From Bacteroidia bacterium (GTDB lineage Bacteria; Bacteroidota; Bacteroidia; AKYH767-A; OLB10): DNA of 64,000 bases. The stretch is from the NCBI GenBank assembly GCA_017995075.1, contig JAGOJO010000008.1, forward strand, positions 1,011-65,010. The letters are read 5' to 3'. Below are positions 55,744 to 64,000 of this stretch, piece by piece; positions within the stretch are counted from its first letter, which is position 1, and each line of letters opens with the position of its first letter. A program made the translations under genes and the position numbers. The notes beneath the pieces are model-generated. The model saw only the letters and a program-made list of their open reading frames with translations. It was not told the origin of the DNA and did no database searches.

Positions 55744-57666
55744 ATGTTCTCAGGATTTTCCCTACGTACTCTCTTTATTTGCACATTATCGATCCTTGGT
55801 TTTAATAGTGGATCCGCTAACGCTCAAGGCTTCAATTCTAATCCTATTACATGGACTTCCCCCATCGGCGGACATTATGGCGGGTTCGGTGCCTTGCTTG
55901 GGTATAACTATTTCTCGAATCTCGTTATCAGTAATGGTTCGTCGCAGGCATGGAATACCGCAGATATTAATGGTGACGGTCTTGTTGATCTTATTGTTAC
56001 GGCTGAGTATTATGCTCCTTATACTACGGCACTTCAATTCGGTGTCGGAACCAATCCTCATTGGAAAGTTTATTTGGGAAATGGAACGGGTTTCACTACA
56101 TCAGCTATAACCTGGAGTACTCCTGTTGGGGGTCAATATGCATTTTCAATTGGAAGTTATGGCTATATCGGCACAAGTGGGTTCTCTAACCAGGAACAGG
56201 ATTCACAAACATGGTCATTAACGGATATGAATAACGATCAGAAGCCGGATCTGGTGATTTATACCAGGTATGTTCCATCCATTAGTAACGATCAGCAGTT
56301 CAATGCCGGGACATCCCCATATTGGAAAGTATATTTAAATAATGGAAGTGGTTTCAACGCCTTGCCAATTAACTGGTCAACTCCGGTAGGTGGATCATAT
56401 CTCTCTTCCGGTGCCAATGTTGGTTATCTCAACGAATCCGGTTATGCCTGTTCAAATAATGCGAACTGTCAATCATGGACGCTTTCGGATTTTACTGGTG
56501 ATGGAAAACCTGATTTGGTGATTTCTTCTCAACATGATGTGAGTATAGGTGCACCAGTGCAGTTTGGCGTAGGTGTGAGCCCGTATTTTAAAGTGTATGA
56601 AAATACAGGCACATCTTTTTCATCAACACCACTAATCTGGAACACTCCGGTTGGCGGAAAATATTCTGTATCCAATGTAAATTATGGATACCAGACTACG
56701 ATAGGAGTGTCTTACAGTGGAAGTGACAGCAGTCAGAACTGGGCTATAGGTGATGCTGATGGAGATGGACTGAAGGATCTGGTACTCTGTGCGCATTATA
56801 ATTCAAGTGTCAGTGCGCCTGAACAATTCGGAACTACCGGGTCAAGGCATTGGAGAATACATCGCAATACCGGGTCTGGATTTGACCCGAACATTACCTA
56901 TTGGTCAACTCCCGACGGAGGAAATTATACGGCTAGTGGACAGGATTTAGGCTTTACATTGCCCCTTGTAAACGGATTGAATTTTTACGACAGCAGCCAG
57001 ACCTGGACCACTACGGATATAGACGGTGACCATAAACCGGAATTGGTGGTGATGTCGGAATATTTTGCAGTCTATAATTGTTATCGTCAGTTTGGTGTAG
57101 GTAGCAATCAGTTCTGGAAAATATACGCAAATAATGATAGTGGATTTGCTGCTACACCTGTCATTTGGAGTACTCCTTCAGGTGGAGCAATCATTAACAC
57201 AGGTTTTGTCCAGGGTTTTGTGAATGAGGTGGGCTATAGTAATCAGTACTCCGGATCAGATTCCTACAGAATTGCCGATATGAATGGTGATGGTAAGCCA
57301 GATTTAACTGTTTTTAGTGAGTACAATACCTCTCAAAGTTATCCTCAGCAATTCGGCGTTCCAACAGCGCCTTACTGGAAGGTGTATTTGAATAATACTG
57401 TTCCTTTATCAATAGAGGAAACAGTTATTCAAAACAATAAATTGATCGTCTATCCAAATCCATGTACCGCGTATATTAAATTTAAGACAGTTGAATTGCT
57501 TACAGGTGCAACATATCATCTGTTTAATGTAGAGGGGAAATTAATTCGTACTGGTGCAATTGTTGATCTGGAAAACATCATCTGGACTACTGACCTCGCA
57601 AGCGGAGTTTATTTTGTACAACTTTCAAATTCTCCATCTGCTGCTACATATTTCATACATGAATAA
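55744..57666 (+). CDS. T9SS-secreted FG-GAP/VCBS-like repeat protein
   Basis: 640 aa with a signal peptide. There are six ~80-aa units, each with W(S/N)TP.GG ... D.(N/D)GD(G)KPDL ... QFG.G..P(Y)WKVY.N.GSGF. The T9SS CTD is VYPNPCTAYIKF...GVYFVQL. Confidence 0.75.
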   Translation: MFSGFSLRTLFICTLSILGFNSGSANAQGFNSNPITWTSPIGGHYGGFGALLGYNYFSNLVISNGSSQAWNTADINGDGLVDLIVTAEYYAPYTTALQFGVGTNPHWKVYLGNGTGFTTSAITWSTPVGGQYAFSIGSYGYIGTSGFSNQEQDSQTWSLTDMNNDQKPDLVIYTRYVPSISNDQQFNAGTSPYWKVYLNNGSGFNALPINWSTPVGGSYLSSGANVGYLNESGYACSNNANCQSWTLSDFTGDGKPDLVISSQHDVSIGAPVQFGVGVSPYFKVYENTGTSFSSTPLIWNTPVGGKYSVSNVNYGYQTTIGVSYSGSDSSQNWAIGDADGDGLKDLVLCAHYNSSVSAPEQFGTTGSRHWRIHRNTGSGFDPNITYWSTPDGGNYTASGQDLGFTLPLVNGLNFYDSSQTWTTTDIDGDHKPELVVMSEYFAVYNCYRQFGVGSNQFWKIYANNDSGFAATPVIWSTPSGGAIINTGFVQGFVNEVGYSNQYSGSDSYRIADMNGDGKPDLTVFSEYNTSQSYPQQFGVPTAPYWKVYLNNTVPLSIEETVIQNNKLIVYPNPCTAYIKFKTVELLTGATYHLFNVEGKLIRTGAIVDLENIIWTTDLASGVYFVQLSNSPSAATYFIHE

Positions 57667-57886
57667 GTTAGAAGAGCTTCATAATATTTGCTCGAGATTT
57701 GAAGAAAGATAAACTAAAATGAGAGGATAGTCTGGCTCAAATTCATCATGCCTTTTTACAACGTTCAATTTGTTTATTGGATGGGTTGCCTGAAATAGCG
57801 AACGGATGTCACTCCACAGTCGTTGCATTTTAGTAGGAGAACAAGCATACATTGCGTTTAACTTTTTTCCTTTCAAGTGAGTATTT

Positions 57887-59593
57887 TTATTTTATAGAAC
57901 CAGAAGTGTCGGTTTTTAAAGAATCATCTAACCGCTTTTCAATTTCTGCCATTCGGATATTGATCGTATTTATTCTTGCTTCGAGTTCTTTGTTGGTTAC
58001 AACCAAAAGTTCATTAGCTGAAGCCAATTCCTGTACTGCTTTTACCAGAGGAACAACGAATTCAGCATAACGCACGGCATATGTATCTTTTTCATTTGAA
58101 GGTTTTTGAACCCCACTAAAATCATAGCCGGTTTTATCAGCTGCAACTTCCACTTCTTGTGCTACAAAGCCGGTATAGCGAGTTTGTGTTTTAACTTTGA
58201 AGTTGTGGTCTGCTGCTATCAAAGAATCAACGTTACCGTTTGGTAATATATGATTGAGATAGGAAATCACATTCAAGTTATAGGATACAGGACGCAATGC
58301 CAGAATGAATGGCAGGCCAGGAATATCTTCCTTAATGTCATTTTTAAATCGTCCGTCTGATATTACACTCCAGTTTACTGCGCCGCCAATTGCTGTAACA
58401 AGTGCATTCCCGATCTTCACCTGATTGCTTGCGGTCACGACAGCATTGTAGCCAATCGCCGTTGAATTGGAAAAATTGTTGAGATTCGCTTCTGCTAAAG
58501 CACCAACAAAAGTACAATTCGAATAAGTTGAACGAATCATACCTGCCTGGTAACCCAATGCAAGATTATTATTTCCGGTATTATTTTGCAATGTATTTGC
58601 ACCAATGCCTGTATTGTTTGATCCGATAGTATTGGAATACCCGGAAAAGTAACCCAACCCACAATTGTAATTCCCGGTAGTATTTCCGGCTAATGCTGAC
58701 TCACCAAAAGCTGAATTGAAGTTTCCGATATTATTATTAAACAGGGAGGAATATCCAAATGATGAATTAGAAGCACCGGTTGTATTTAGTTTTAAAGACC
58801 AGTTTCCGTAACCGCAATTATAATTTGCTGTATTATTCAGTAACGATTCATATCCGTAAGCACAGTTAAATGTACCTGCAGCTGCAGTAGAGAACATAGC
58901 ATGGTAGCCGAATACCTGATTGTAATTCCCGCTTAAAGCCGTAGTTAATGCACCAGTCCCAACTGCTGTTGATTGTACTATGCCTGTAGCATTTTGCATA
59001 GCATAAGAGCCAATGGCTGTGTTCGAATACGAGTTAGCAGAATTCTGTAGAGTGAAGGATCCTACCGCAGTATTAAATTCCCCATCCAAATTTGAAAAGC
59101 CGCTTTTGAATCCGAGATATACATTGTCAAAACCGGAAACAGTATTGTTAAATCCGGATTGGAACCCTAGAAATAAATTACGTCCAGTATAAGGCCCATC
59201 TATATTATCAATGTAGCCACTTTTTAAATTATTAATTTTAAATTGAATCGGTTGGTTGTCTGTAGTTCCGATAAAGTTAGCAGGACCATTTCCTGAATTT
59301 CCGTTAAGGCTCCATCCACTTACACCATTTCCTATTGATTGCCATGCACTGCCATCGAAGTACATAAATTTATTTCCGGTAATATCGTATACCAATAATC
59401 CGGTTGCGGGAGCGACAATGGCAACCCGTTGAGCGCTCGTCAATCTTGGAATCAAAATTCCTTTATCAGTTGATACCATATCCCAAAGCGCCGATGCATG
59501 AGGAGTAGGGTTGTTCACACCAATATTTTGTGCTGATAGTGGAGACGTAATGTTTAACAAAACGAATAACAGAAGCAGAGTGCGTGTTTTCAT
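57887..59593 (-). CDS. Tail-fibre-like protein: head motif + Asn/Gly-rich repeat shaft + C-terminal S74-type intramolecular chaperone domain
   Basis: 568 aa with signal peptide MKTRTLLLLFVLLNITSPLSAQ. The head motif is IGVNNPTPHASALWDMVSTDKGILIPRLTSAQRVAIVAPATGLLVYD. The shaft has degenerate repeats (NTAIGSYAMQN, NSAFGESALAGNTTGNYN and similar). The S74-like block ISDGRFKNDIKEDIPGLPFILALRPVSYNL...YTGFVAQEVE...YAVRYAEFVVPLVKAVQEL lies at about nt 58019-58363, followed by a short coiled-coil. There is no T9SS CTD. Confidence 0.8.
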   Translation of the reverse strand: MKTRTLLLLFVLLNITSPLSAQNIGVNNPTPHASALWDMVSTDKGILIPRLTSAQRVAIVAPATGLLVYDITGNKFMYFDGSAWQSIGNGVSGWSLNGNSGNGPANFIGTTDNQPIQFKINNLKSGYIDNIDGPYTGRNLFLGFQSGFNNTVSGFDNVYLGFKSGFSNLDGEFNTAVGSFTLQNSANSYSNTAIGSYAMQNATGIVQSTAVGTGALTTALSGNYNQVFGYHAMFSTAAAGTFNCAYGYESLLNNTANYNCGYGNWSLKLNTTGASNSSFGYSSLFNNNIGNFNSAFGESALAGNTTGNYNCGLGYFSGYSNTIGSNNTGIGANTLQNNTGNNNLALGYQAGMIRSTYSNCTFVGALAEANLNNFSNSTAIGYNAVVTASNQVKIGNALVTAIGGAVNWSVISDGRFKNDIKEDIPGLPFILALRPVSYNLNVISYLNHILPNGNVDSLIAADHNFKVKTQTRYTGFVAQEVEVAADKTGYDFSGVQKPSNEKDTYAVRYAEFVVPLVKAVQELASANELLVVTNKELEARINTINIRMAEIEKRLDDSLKTDTSGSIK

Positions 59594-59642
59594 AGTTTAC
59601 CGATTAGAATACAACGGTAAAAATAATTGCTTCTGTTTCCTG

Positions 59643-59665
59643 TGAAAATACTACTTAAGTGGTAC
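59643..59665 (-). promoter_or_regulatory. Shared upstream element, copy 1 (in front of the fibre gene)
   Basis: The plus strand reads tgaaaatactacttaagtggtac. This is near-identical to 63917-63935 and contains the near-palindrome TACtA-CTTAAG-TgGTA. It lies 50-72 nt upstream of ATG 59593. Confidence 0.35.
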
Positions 59666-59679
59666 AATATTTGTCTGCA

Positions 59680-60315
59680 CTATGAAGATTTCCCATATAC
59701 CTTATTGATCGCTTCCGTTCGCGAGTTAACTTGAAGCTTTTCATAGATATTGTAAACATGTTTTCGTACAGTTTCAATACCGATCTCTTTTCGAGTTGCA
59801 ATTTCTTTATACATTAACCCCTGCGATAAAAGATCCAATATCTCTCTTTCACGTGCAGTTAACATTTCATTATGTATAGCAGATGTTTTTTTAGAGGCAA
59901 AAGAGTCCACTACATATCGGGCAATAGATGCACTCATGGGTGAGCCGCCTTGGGTGATTTCACGTATCGCTGATTTGAGTTGGTCCCCTGAGTTGTTTTT
60001 CAATATATAGCCTGTCGCACCATTACAGAGTGCCTGGAAGATGAACCCGGGATTTTCAAATACTGTGCAGACCAGAAATTGGATTTTCGGACGTAATTGC
60101 TTGGCAATACCGATGCATTCAATGCCATTTTTACCAGGCATATTAATGTCCATCAATACTACATCGCAATCATAGTTTTCCCATGATTTTAAAAAACTAT
60201 CACCGTTGGCAAAGGATTTCACAACTTGAAAATCACTTTCACCTGACAAAATACCTTCGGTCATTTCCCGGATTTCTTTATCGTCTTCAACAAGTATTAT
60301 GCGAATTACTTTCAT
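59680..60315 (-). CDS. NarL/LuxR-family response regulator
   Basis: 211 aa. REC is seen in ILVEDDKEIRE and DVVLMDINMPGKNG. The LuxR HTH is seen in LTAREREILDLLSQGLMYKEIATRKEIGIETVRKHVYNIYEKL. Confidence 0.9.
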   Translation of the reverse strand: MKVIRIILVEDDKEIREMTEGILSGESDFQVVKSFANGDSFLKSWENYDCDVVLMDINMPGKNGIECIGIAKQLRPKIQFLVCTVFENPGFIFQALCNGATGYILKNNSGDQLKSAIREITQGGSPMSASIARYVVDSFASKKTSAIHNEMLTAREREILDLLSQGLMYKEIATRKEIGIETVRKHVYNIYEKLQVNSRTEAINKVYGKSS

Positions 60316-60330
60316 ACTAGAATAACTATA

Positions 60331-62295
60331 TTATATCGACAATTTTCCTTGTGCAATAACACTACATCCATTACCTGGCGAACTTCGGATTTCAAGAACA
60401 TTTCCGTGCTGTACCATCCGTTGTTTCATATTGAGCAAACCGTTACCTTGCCGGCGATCTTCCGCTTGAGTATCAAAGCCTATTCCATTGTCACGAATTT
60501 CTAAATAGAAGTGACGGGAATCTGCTTTGAATATTATATGTACAGTACTCGCTTCACTGTATTTTATGACATTATGTATAGCCTCTTTCAACACAAGATA
60601 AATATTTCTTTTGATTTCCGGATGAATCGGCATATTGTTGGTTTCTTTTGGGAACTCGATTACATATTCTATATTGCTGTTTTCAAGTAGCTGTAAGACT
60701 GTAGATTTCATATAACCTATAAGACTCCCCAGATGATCATTTTCCGGATGAATTGCCCATACGATTTCTGCAAGCGACGCACTAACATTTCTGGAATATG
60801 TCATCACTTTTTCGAGCGCTTCTTTTATTCCCGGATCTGCTATTTTATTTCGTGTAATATCACTTAACATTGTGATTTTCGTCAAACTACTTCCAATATC
60901 ATCATGAATATCGCGGGCAATCCGTACTCTTATTTGTTGAGCCTCCCGCTGCTTTTCTGTTTCGACTAGTTCTTGTTGAGTTTGTTGGAGTGCCATCAAC
61001 GTTGATTCAAGAGCTACATTGTTTTCGGATAGGATTTTGCTGTAGCTGTTTCTCTCGCGGTATCGTTGAAAAATGAAGAGGACCAGAAGGAAAAGTAATA
61101 TTCCAACGGCAATCGAGAAATTCCGGATTTGAACTTGTCTTGTGTGCTCCACAAGAGCATTTATTCGCTCTTTCTCAAATTCAAAATCCATTTGAGCTCG
61201 GGTAAGGGATCTGGCTTTAATCAGATTGACGTCTTCTGAGTATTCATTGAAAGAGGAATCAATGGTTTGTAATGCTGCTTCAGGTGATCCCTCAGCTGCA
61301 AGGATAAGACTTAGATATTTATGGATATTGAAATCATCTTCCTTGACCTCTGTTTCACGAGCCATATTCATTGATTCAGTCAGGAGATTTCTGGCCTCAT
61401 TTAATTTTCGATCCTTGAAGTACACAATTGCCTGATAGGTATTGTATGTCATGATGTGCTCGGGAAATTCAAGTTCATGCACCAACTCTTTGGAGATAGA
61501 TAAGTACTTTCTCGCAGAATCGAACTCCTGAAAATAGACAAATATTTCAATAAGATCAAGTGTAGATCCACTTAAAAGCGGTAAGTAACCTGTTTGATTG
61601 TATAGATCATAAGCCTGTTTCTTCCAATAGTAGGAACTATCGTAATTGACTTTCTTGTCGAAGTAGTAAGATCCATAAATAGCCAACGCTCCTCCTATGG
61701 CATTCTTGTTTTCAGTGTTCTTTAAAATAGTATATGCTTCCTGAGCATAAGAGAAAGCTTTATCGTAATCTTCCAACTCACGATGGGAAGATGCGATGTA
61801 GGATAAAGCTGTTCCGATATTTTGATTACTTTTAATTGCGCGCGCCTTCTCAAGGTATTTATGAAAGTATTTTAATTGTCCCGTGTAATCATCTTTGTCG
61901 AAATAAGAAATACCGATGTTTTTGTAAAATATCATTTCATATTTATCCAGTAGAAGTAATTTGTTTTTATCGCGGACAGATGATTTAAATTTCAATGTTT
62001 GATTTAATCCAAGATCTGCATACTTCCTCATCGAATCTGATTCACCAAGTTGATAGAATTCCGCACATAGATACCAGATGTCTACCAAATGCATGGAGTC
62101 TTTTTTCTGAAAGGTTCCTTTTTGTTGAAAGGTAATTACCCGTGATCTTAGACTGTCGACACTATTACTTTTTCCGTATGCAACATTTATTATCAGGGAA
62201 AAGAATATACTTAGAAAAAATATACTTTGATTTGGGAAATAGATGCAAGGCGCAGAAGAAGCTGATTTTTTATTTGTCTCGAGAATATAATACAT
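60331..62295 (-). CDS. TPR-repeat sensor histidine kinase (HisKA_3 + HATPase_c)
   Basis: 654 aa. After an N-terminal anchor there is a ~330-aa TPR-like helical repeat region. Then one TM (FSIAVGILLFLLVLFIF), a coiled-coil, H-box ARDIHDDIGSSL, and HATPase_c (LKEAIHNVIKYS, RDNGIGF, GNGCSV). Confidence 0.85.
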   Translation of the reverse strand: MYYILETNKKSASSAPCIYFPNQSIFFLSIFFSLIINVAYGKSNSVDSLRSRVITFQQKGTFQKKDSMHLVDIWYLCAEFYQLGESDSMRKYADLGLNQTLKFKSSVRDKNKLLLLDKYEMIFYKNIGISYFDKDDYTGQLKYFHKYLEKARAIKSNQNIGTALSYIASSHRELEDYDKAFSYAQEAYTILKNTENKNAIGGALAIYGSYYFDKKVNYDSSYYWKKQAYDLYNQTGYLPLLSGSTLDLIEIFVYFQEFDSARKYLSISKELVHELEFPEHIMTYNTYQAIVYFKDRKLNEARNLLTESMNMARETEVKEDDFNIHKYLSLILAAEGSPEAALQTIDSSFNEYSEDVNLIKARSLTRAQMDFEFEKERINALVEHTRQVQIRNFSIAVGILLFLLVLFIFQRYRERNSYSKILSENNVALESTLMALQQTQQELVETEKQREAQQIRVRIARDIHDDIGSSLTKITMLSDITRNKIADPGIKEALEKVMTYSRNVSASLAEIVWAIHPENDHLGSLIGYMKSTVLQLLENSNIEYVIEFPKETNNMPIHPEIKRNIYLVLKEAIHNVIKYSEASTVHIIFKADSRHFYLEIRDNGIGFDTQAEDRRQGNGLLNMKQRMVQHGNVLEIRSSPGNGCSVIAQGKLSI

Positions 62296-62359
62296 CTGTA
62301 TGGATTAGTATAGATGATACTTAAATTGACAAAAATTGTATTGCCGAAAGTTAAGTAAA

Positions 62360-63886
62360 TTATTGACGTAATATTTTAAGTAGATGGCTTTGTCTGGCTT
62401 CAGGTGTGATGATTTCGAACATATAATTTCCTGTTTCGAGGGTATTTACGGGTATATGAGCGAGGCCGTTCATTGATTCTCCATGGTTGCATAATACTTT
62501 TTTCCCAGCCAGATCATAGATGCAGTATTGAAAAGTATTGCTTTGGGATGTAGTGATGTAAATATCGGTCGAAGCAGGATTTGGAAATAGTAGAAAGCTA
62601 TTAACTTGGGTGACAGGGCTTACCACGATCGTTTTAGAATAGGAATACTGGCCATCAAAATCTGTTTGTTTCAAACGGTAGTATAGAATATTATTAGGAG
62701 CCGTGAAGTCAAATAAATTGTATACTAAAAGTGTAGTTGAATTTCCAGACCCATTCCTGAGACCAATAGTCTCAAATAGAATTCCATCTTCGCTACGCTG
62801 CACTTCAAAATAATCATTATTGGTTTCTGTAAGTGTAGTCCATTCACAAATAACTTCGCTTTCAGAATTTCTTCGGGCGCTAAATGAAAGAAGCTCTACC
62901 GGCAATGGAGTAGCGTTCATAGTTATTGCCCATGTTTGACCACTTAATACGCCCGGTATAGATGGAAGAACGCCTGGTACCATCACCTGTTGAGCGACTG
63001 GATTTGTCTGGCCCAAAAGAGGCATTGACCAGCCGGCATTTAATACATTCCAGGGTTGTGCTCTCATTTGCACATTTCCATTTGCAGCATTTTCACTGGC
63101 TGCATAACGGAATATATAATTGCTGGCCCCGGCATTTTCGATATGCCAGAATCGGTCAACTGTATTAGCACTGTTATCTGCTCCACTTGTATTGTTAACA
63201 TGGTTAATTGTAAATGGTGTAGTAGGATAGGGAGTATTATCTGGTAATGTCTGATATGTGGATATTCGCAGGGAACCTGTTTGAAATCCTGTCGGTGGCG
63301 ATGTTGTGAACCCAAATGAAATATCTTCGCCCGCAGAATTACCAAATGGAATTGTATGAATACCGGCACCAACATTTACCCACCATACTTTGGCACTATT
63401 CGATGTTTCTTCACTGAGAATGTATCCGGTGGTCCGCTGTATCCCACCTATTGCCGGATTAAAAACAGAGAGGGTATTTGATTTGAGGGAAAGGATGGCA
63501 TTTTTCAGATTTAGTATTCCATTATAGGGTGAGGTAGACCCACCGGTGGACATATCTATATTCATCACTTTTGTACCATTCTGCAGTTGGAGATGGTAGA
63601 ACGTGGTGGGAAATGCACCTGTAATATGTTGAATATTGCCATCCAACAGAATAGTTCCCTTTGAATTGTTAAACAGGCCGGATCCTGCATTGTTGATCCA
63701 GTTTCCCGTGAGGGTGATGGTACCTTCATTTACTAATGTGGTGGTACCTGTTGATTCAATATCTCCGTTAACCGTAAAGATTACCCCGGCGTTAATTGTA
63801 ATCTGAACATCATTATTCGTCAGCAGTTGTGCTGTACAATTTTGTACGATGATGAAGGAGGAGAAACAGAGAATCCACTTTTTCAT
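62360..63886 (-). CDS. Secreted T9SS cargo protein, paralogue of ORF 16296..17834
   Basis: 508 aa with signal peptide MKKWILCFSSFIIVQNCTAQ. Blocks shared with 16296..17834 are NTSGADNSANTVDRFW, PLPVELLSFSA, NDYFEVQRSEDGILFE and YYRLKQTDFDG. The T9SS CTD is LFPNPASTDIYI...GNYMFEI. Confidence 0.75.
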   Translation of the reverse strand: MKKWILCFSSFIIVQNCTAQLLTNNDVQITINAGVIFTVNGDIESTGTTTLVNEGTITLTGNWINNAGSGLFNNSKGTILLDGNIQHITGAFPTTFYHLQLQNGTKVMNIDMSTGGSTSPYNGILNLKNAILSLKSNTLSVFNPAIGGIQRTTGYILSEETSNSAKVWWVNVGAGIHTIPFGNSAGEDISFGFTTSPPTGFQTGSLRISTYQTLPDNTPYPTTPFTINHVNNTSGADNSANTVDRFWHIENAGASNYIFRYAASENAANGNVQMRAQPWNVLNAGWSMPLLGQTNPVAQQVMVPGVLPSIPGVLSGQTWAITMNATPLPVELLSFSARRNSESEVICEWTTLTETNNDYFEVQRSEDGILFETIGLRNGSGNSTTLLVYNLFDFTAPNNILYYRLKQTDFDGQYSYSKTIVVSPVTQVNSFLLFPNPASTDIYITTSQSNTFQYCIYDLAGKKVLCNHGESMNGLAHIPVNTLETGNYMFEIITPEARQSHLLKILRQ

Positions 63887-63916
63887 GGGATAAAATTATC
63901 CTGATTAAAAATCATC

Positions 63917-63935
63917 TGAAATACTACTTTAGTGG
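63917..63935 (-). promoter_or_regulatory. Shared upstream element, copy 2 (in front of the T9SS cargo gene)
   Basis: The plus strand reads tgaaatactactttagtgg. Against 59643-59662 it has 18 matches, 1 mismatch and 1 single-base gap (aligned by hand). It lies 31-49 nt upstream of ATG 63886. Confidence 0.35.
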
Positions 63936-64000
63936 AAGAAAAACATGGTAGACGATCGTTTTTACGCCCTAAAGCGAGTATTTATTGCTATTTTGCCGGA

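Noticed and set aside
57679-57876. 65-aa minus-strand ORF directly downstream of the S74 fibre gene
   Set aside because: It has a TTG start (first ATG at 57852) and no recognisable motif, signal or TM. It could be a small co-transcribed gene, but the sequence alone does not support calling it.
57887-59593. Reading the tail-fibre/S74 gene as evidence of a prophage
   Set aside because: I saw no integrase, terminase, capsid, portal, baseplate or lysis genes in the window. The gene has a Sec signal peptide and a Bacteroidota-specific head motif shared with a chromosomal paralogue.
63945-64000. Possible + strand gene start (MVDDRFYALKRVFIAILP...) running off the right edge
   Set aside because: Only 18 codons are visible. 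A minus-strand gene ending at 63962-63964 is equally possible, so the fragment is too short to call.
1-64000. Search by eye for CRISPR arrays, tRNA/rRNA genes, transposases, integrases, reverse transcriptases and known defence-system genes
   Set aside because: I recognised none. The only short exact direct repeats found (the 16-mer at 550 and 593, and the heptamers at 7068/7088 and 13613/13633/13653) are too few and too short for a CRISPR array. A computational scan (tRNAscan, Infernal/Rfam, a CRISPR finder, defence-system HMMs) is still needed to exclude these properly.

Overview
This window looks like an ordinary chromosomal segment of a Bacteroidota-type genome. Seven secreted proteins end in T9SS C-terminal sorting domains. 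Several genes are preceded by TAnnTTTG -7 promoter boxes, and lipoprotein and signal peptides are frequent. I support about 50 protein-coding genes. By eye I found no rRNA, tRNA, CRISPR array, transposase, integrase or phage structural genes. Housekeeping anchors are nadA, gltX and glnS. The rest is mainly signal transduction and cell-surface proteins. There are four histidine-kinase/response-regulator pairs (two LytTR-type, two LuxR-type), plus Crp/Fnr and AraC regulators. The supplied track misses a partial gene at the left edge (1..417, minus strand), and many track ORFs are antisense shadows or start at upstream TTG/GTG codons. The main second-look items are: (1) a 'head-motif fibre protein + T9SS cargo' gene pair present twice (13.7-17.8 kb and 57.9-63.9 kb), each copy apparently tied to its own two-component system through shared upstream DNA motifs; (2) an eight-gene translationally coupled operon (19.3-24.7 kb) with a redox/thiol flavour and a 13-bp perfect inverted repeat in front; (3) an island of C-runs and G-runs, an orphan terminator and a Trp-containing mini-ORF upstream of an uncharacterised four-gene sensor module (36.6-40.0 kb); (4) a cupin gene interrupted by an in-frame TAG. 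All functional calls come from motif recognition by eye, and no database search was possible.
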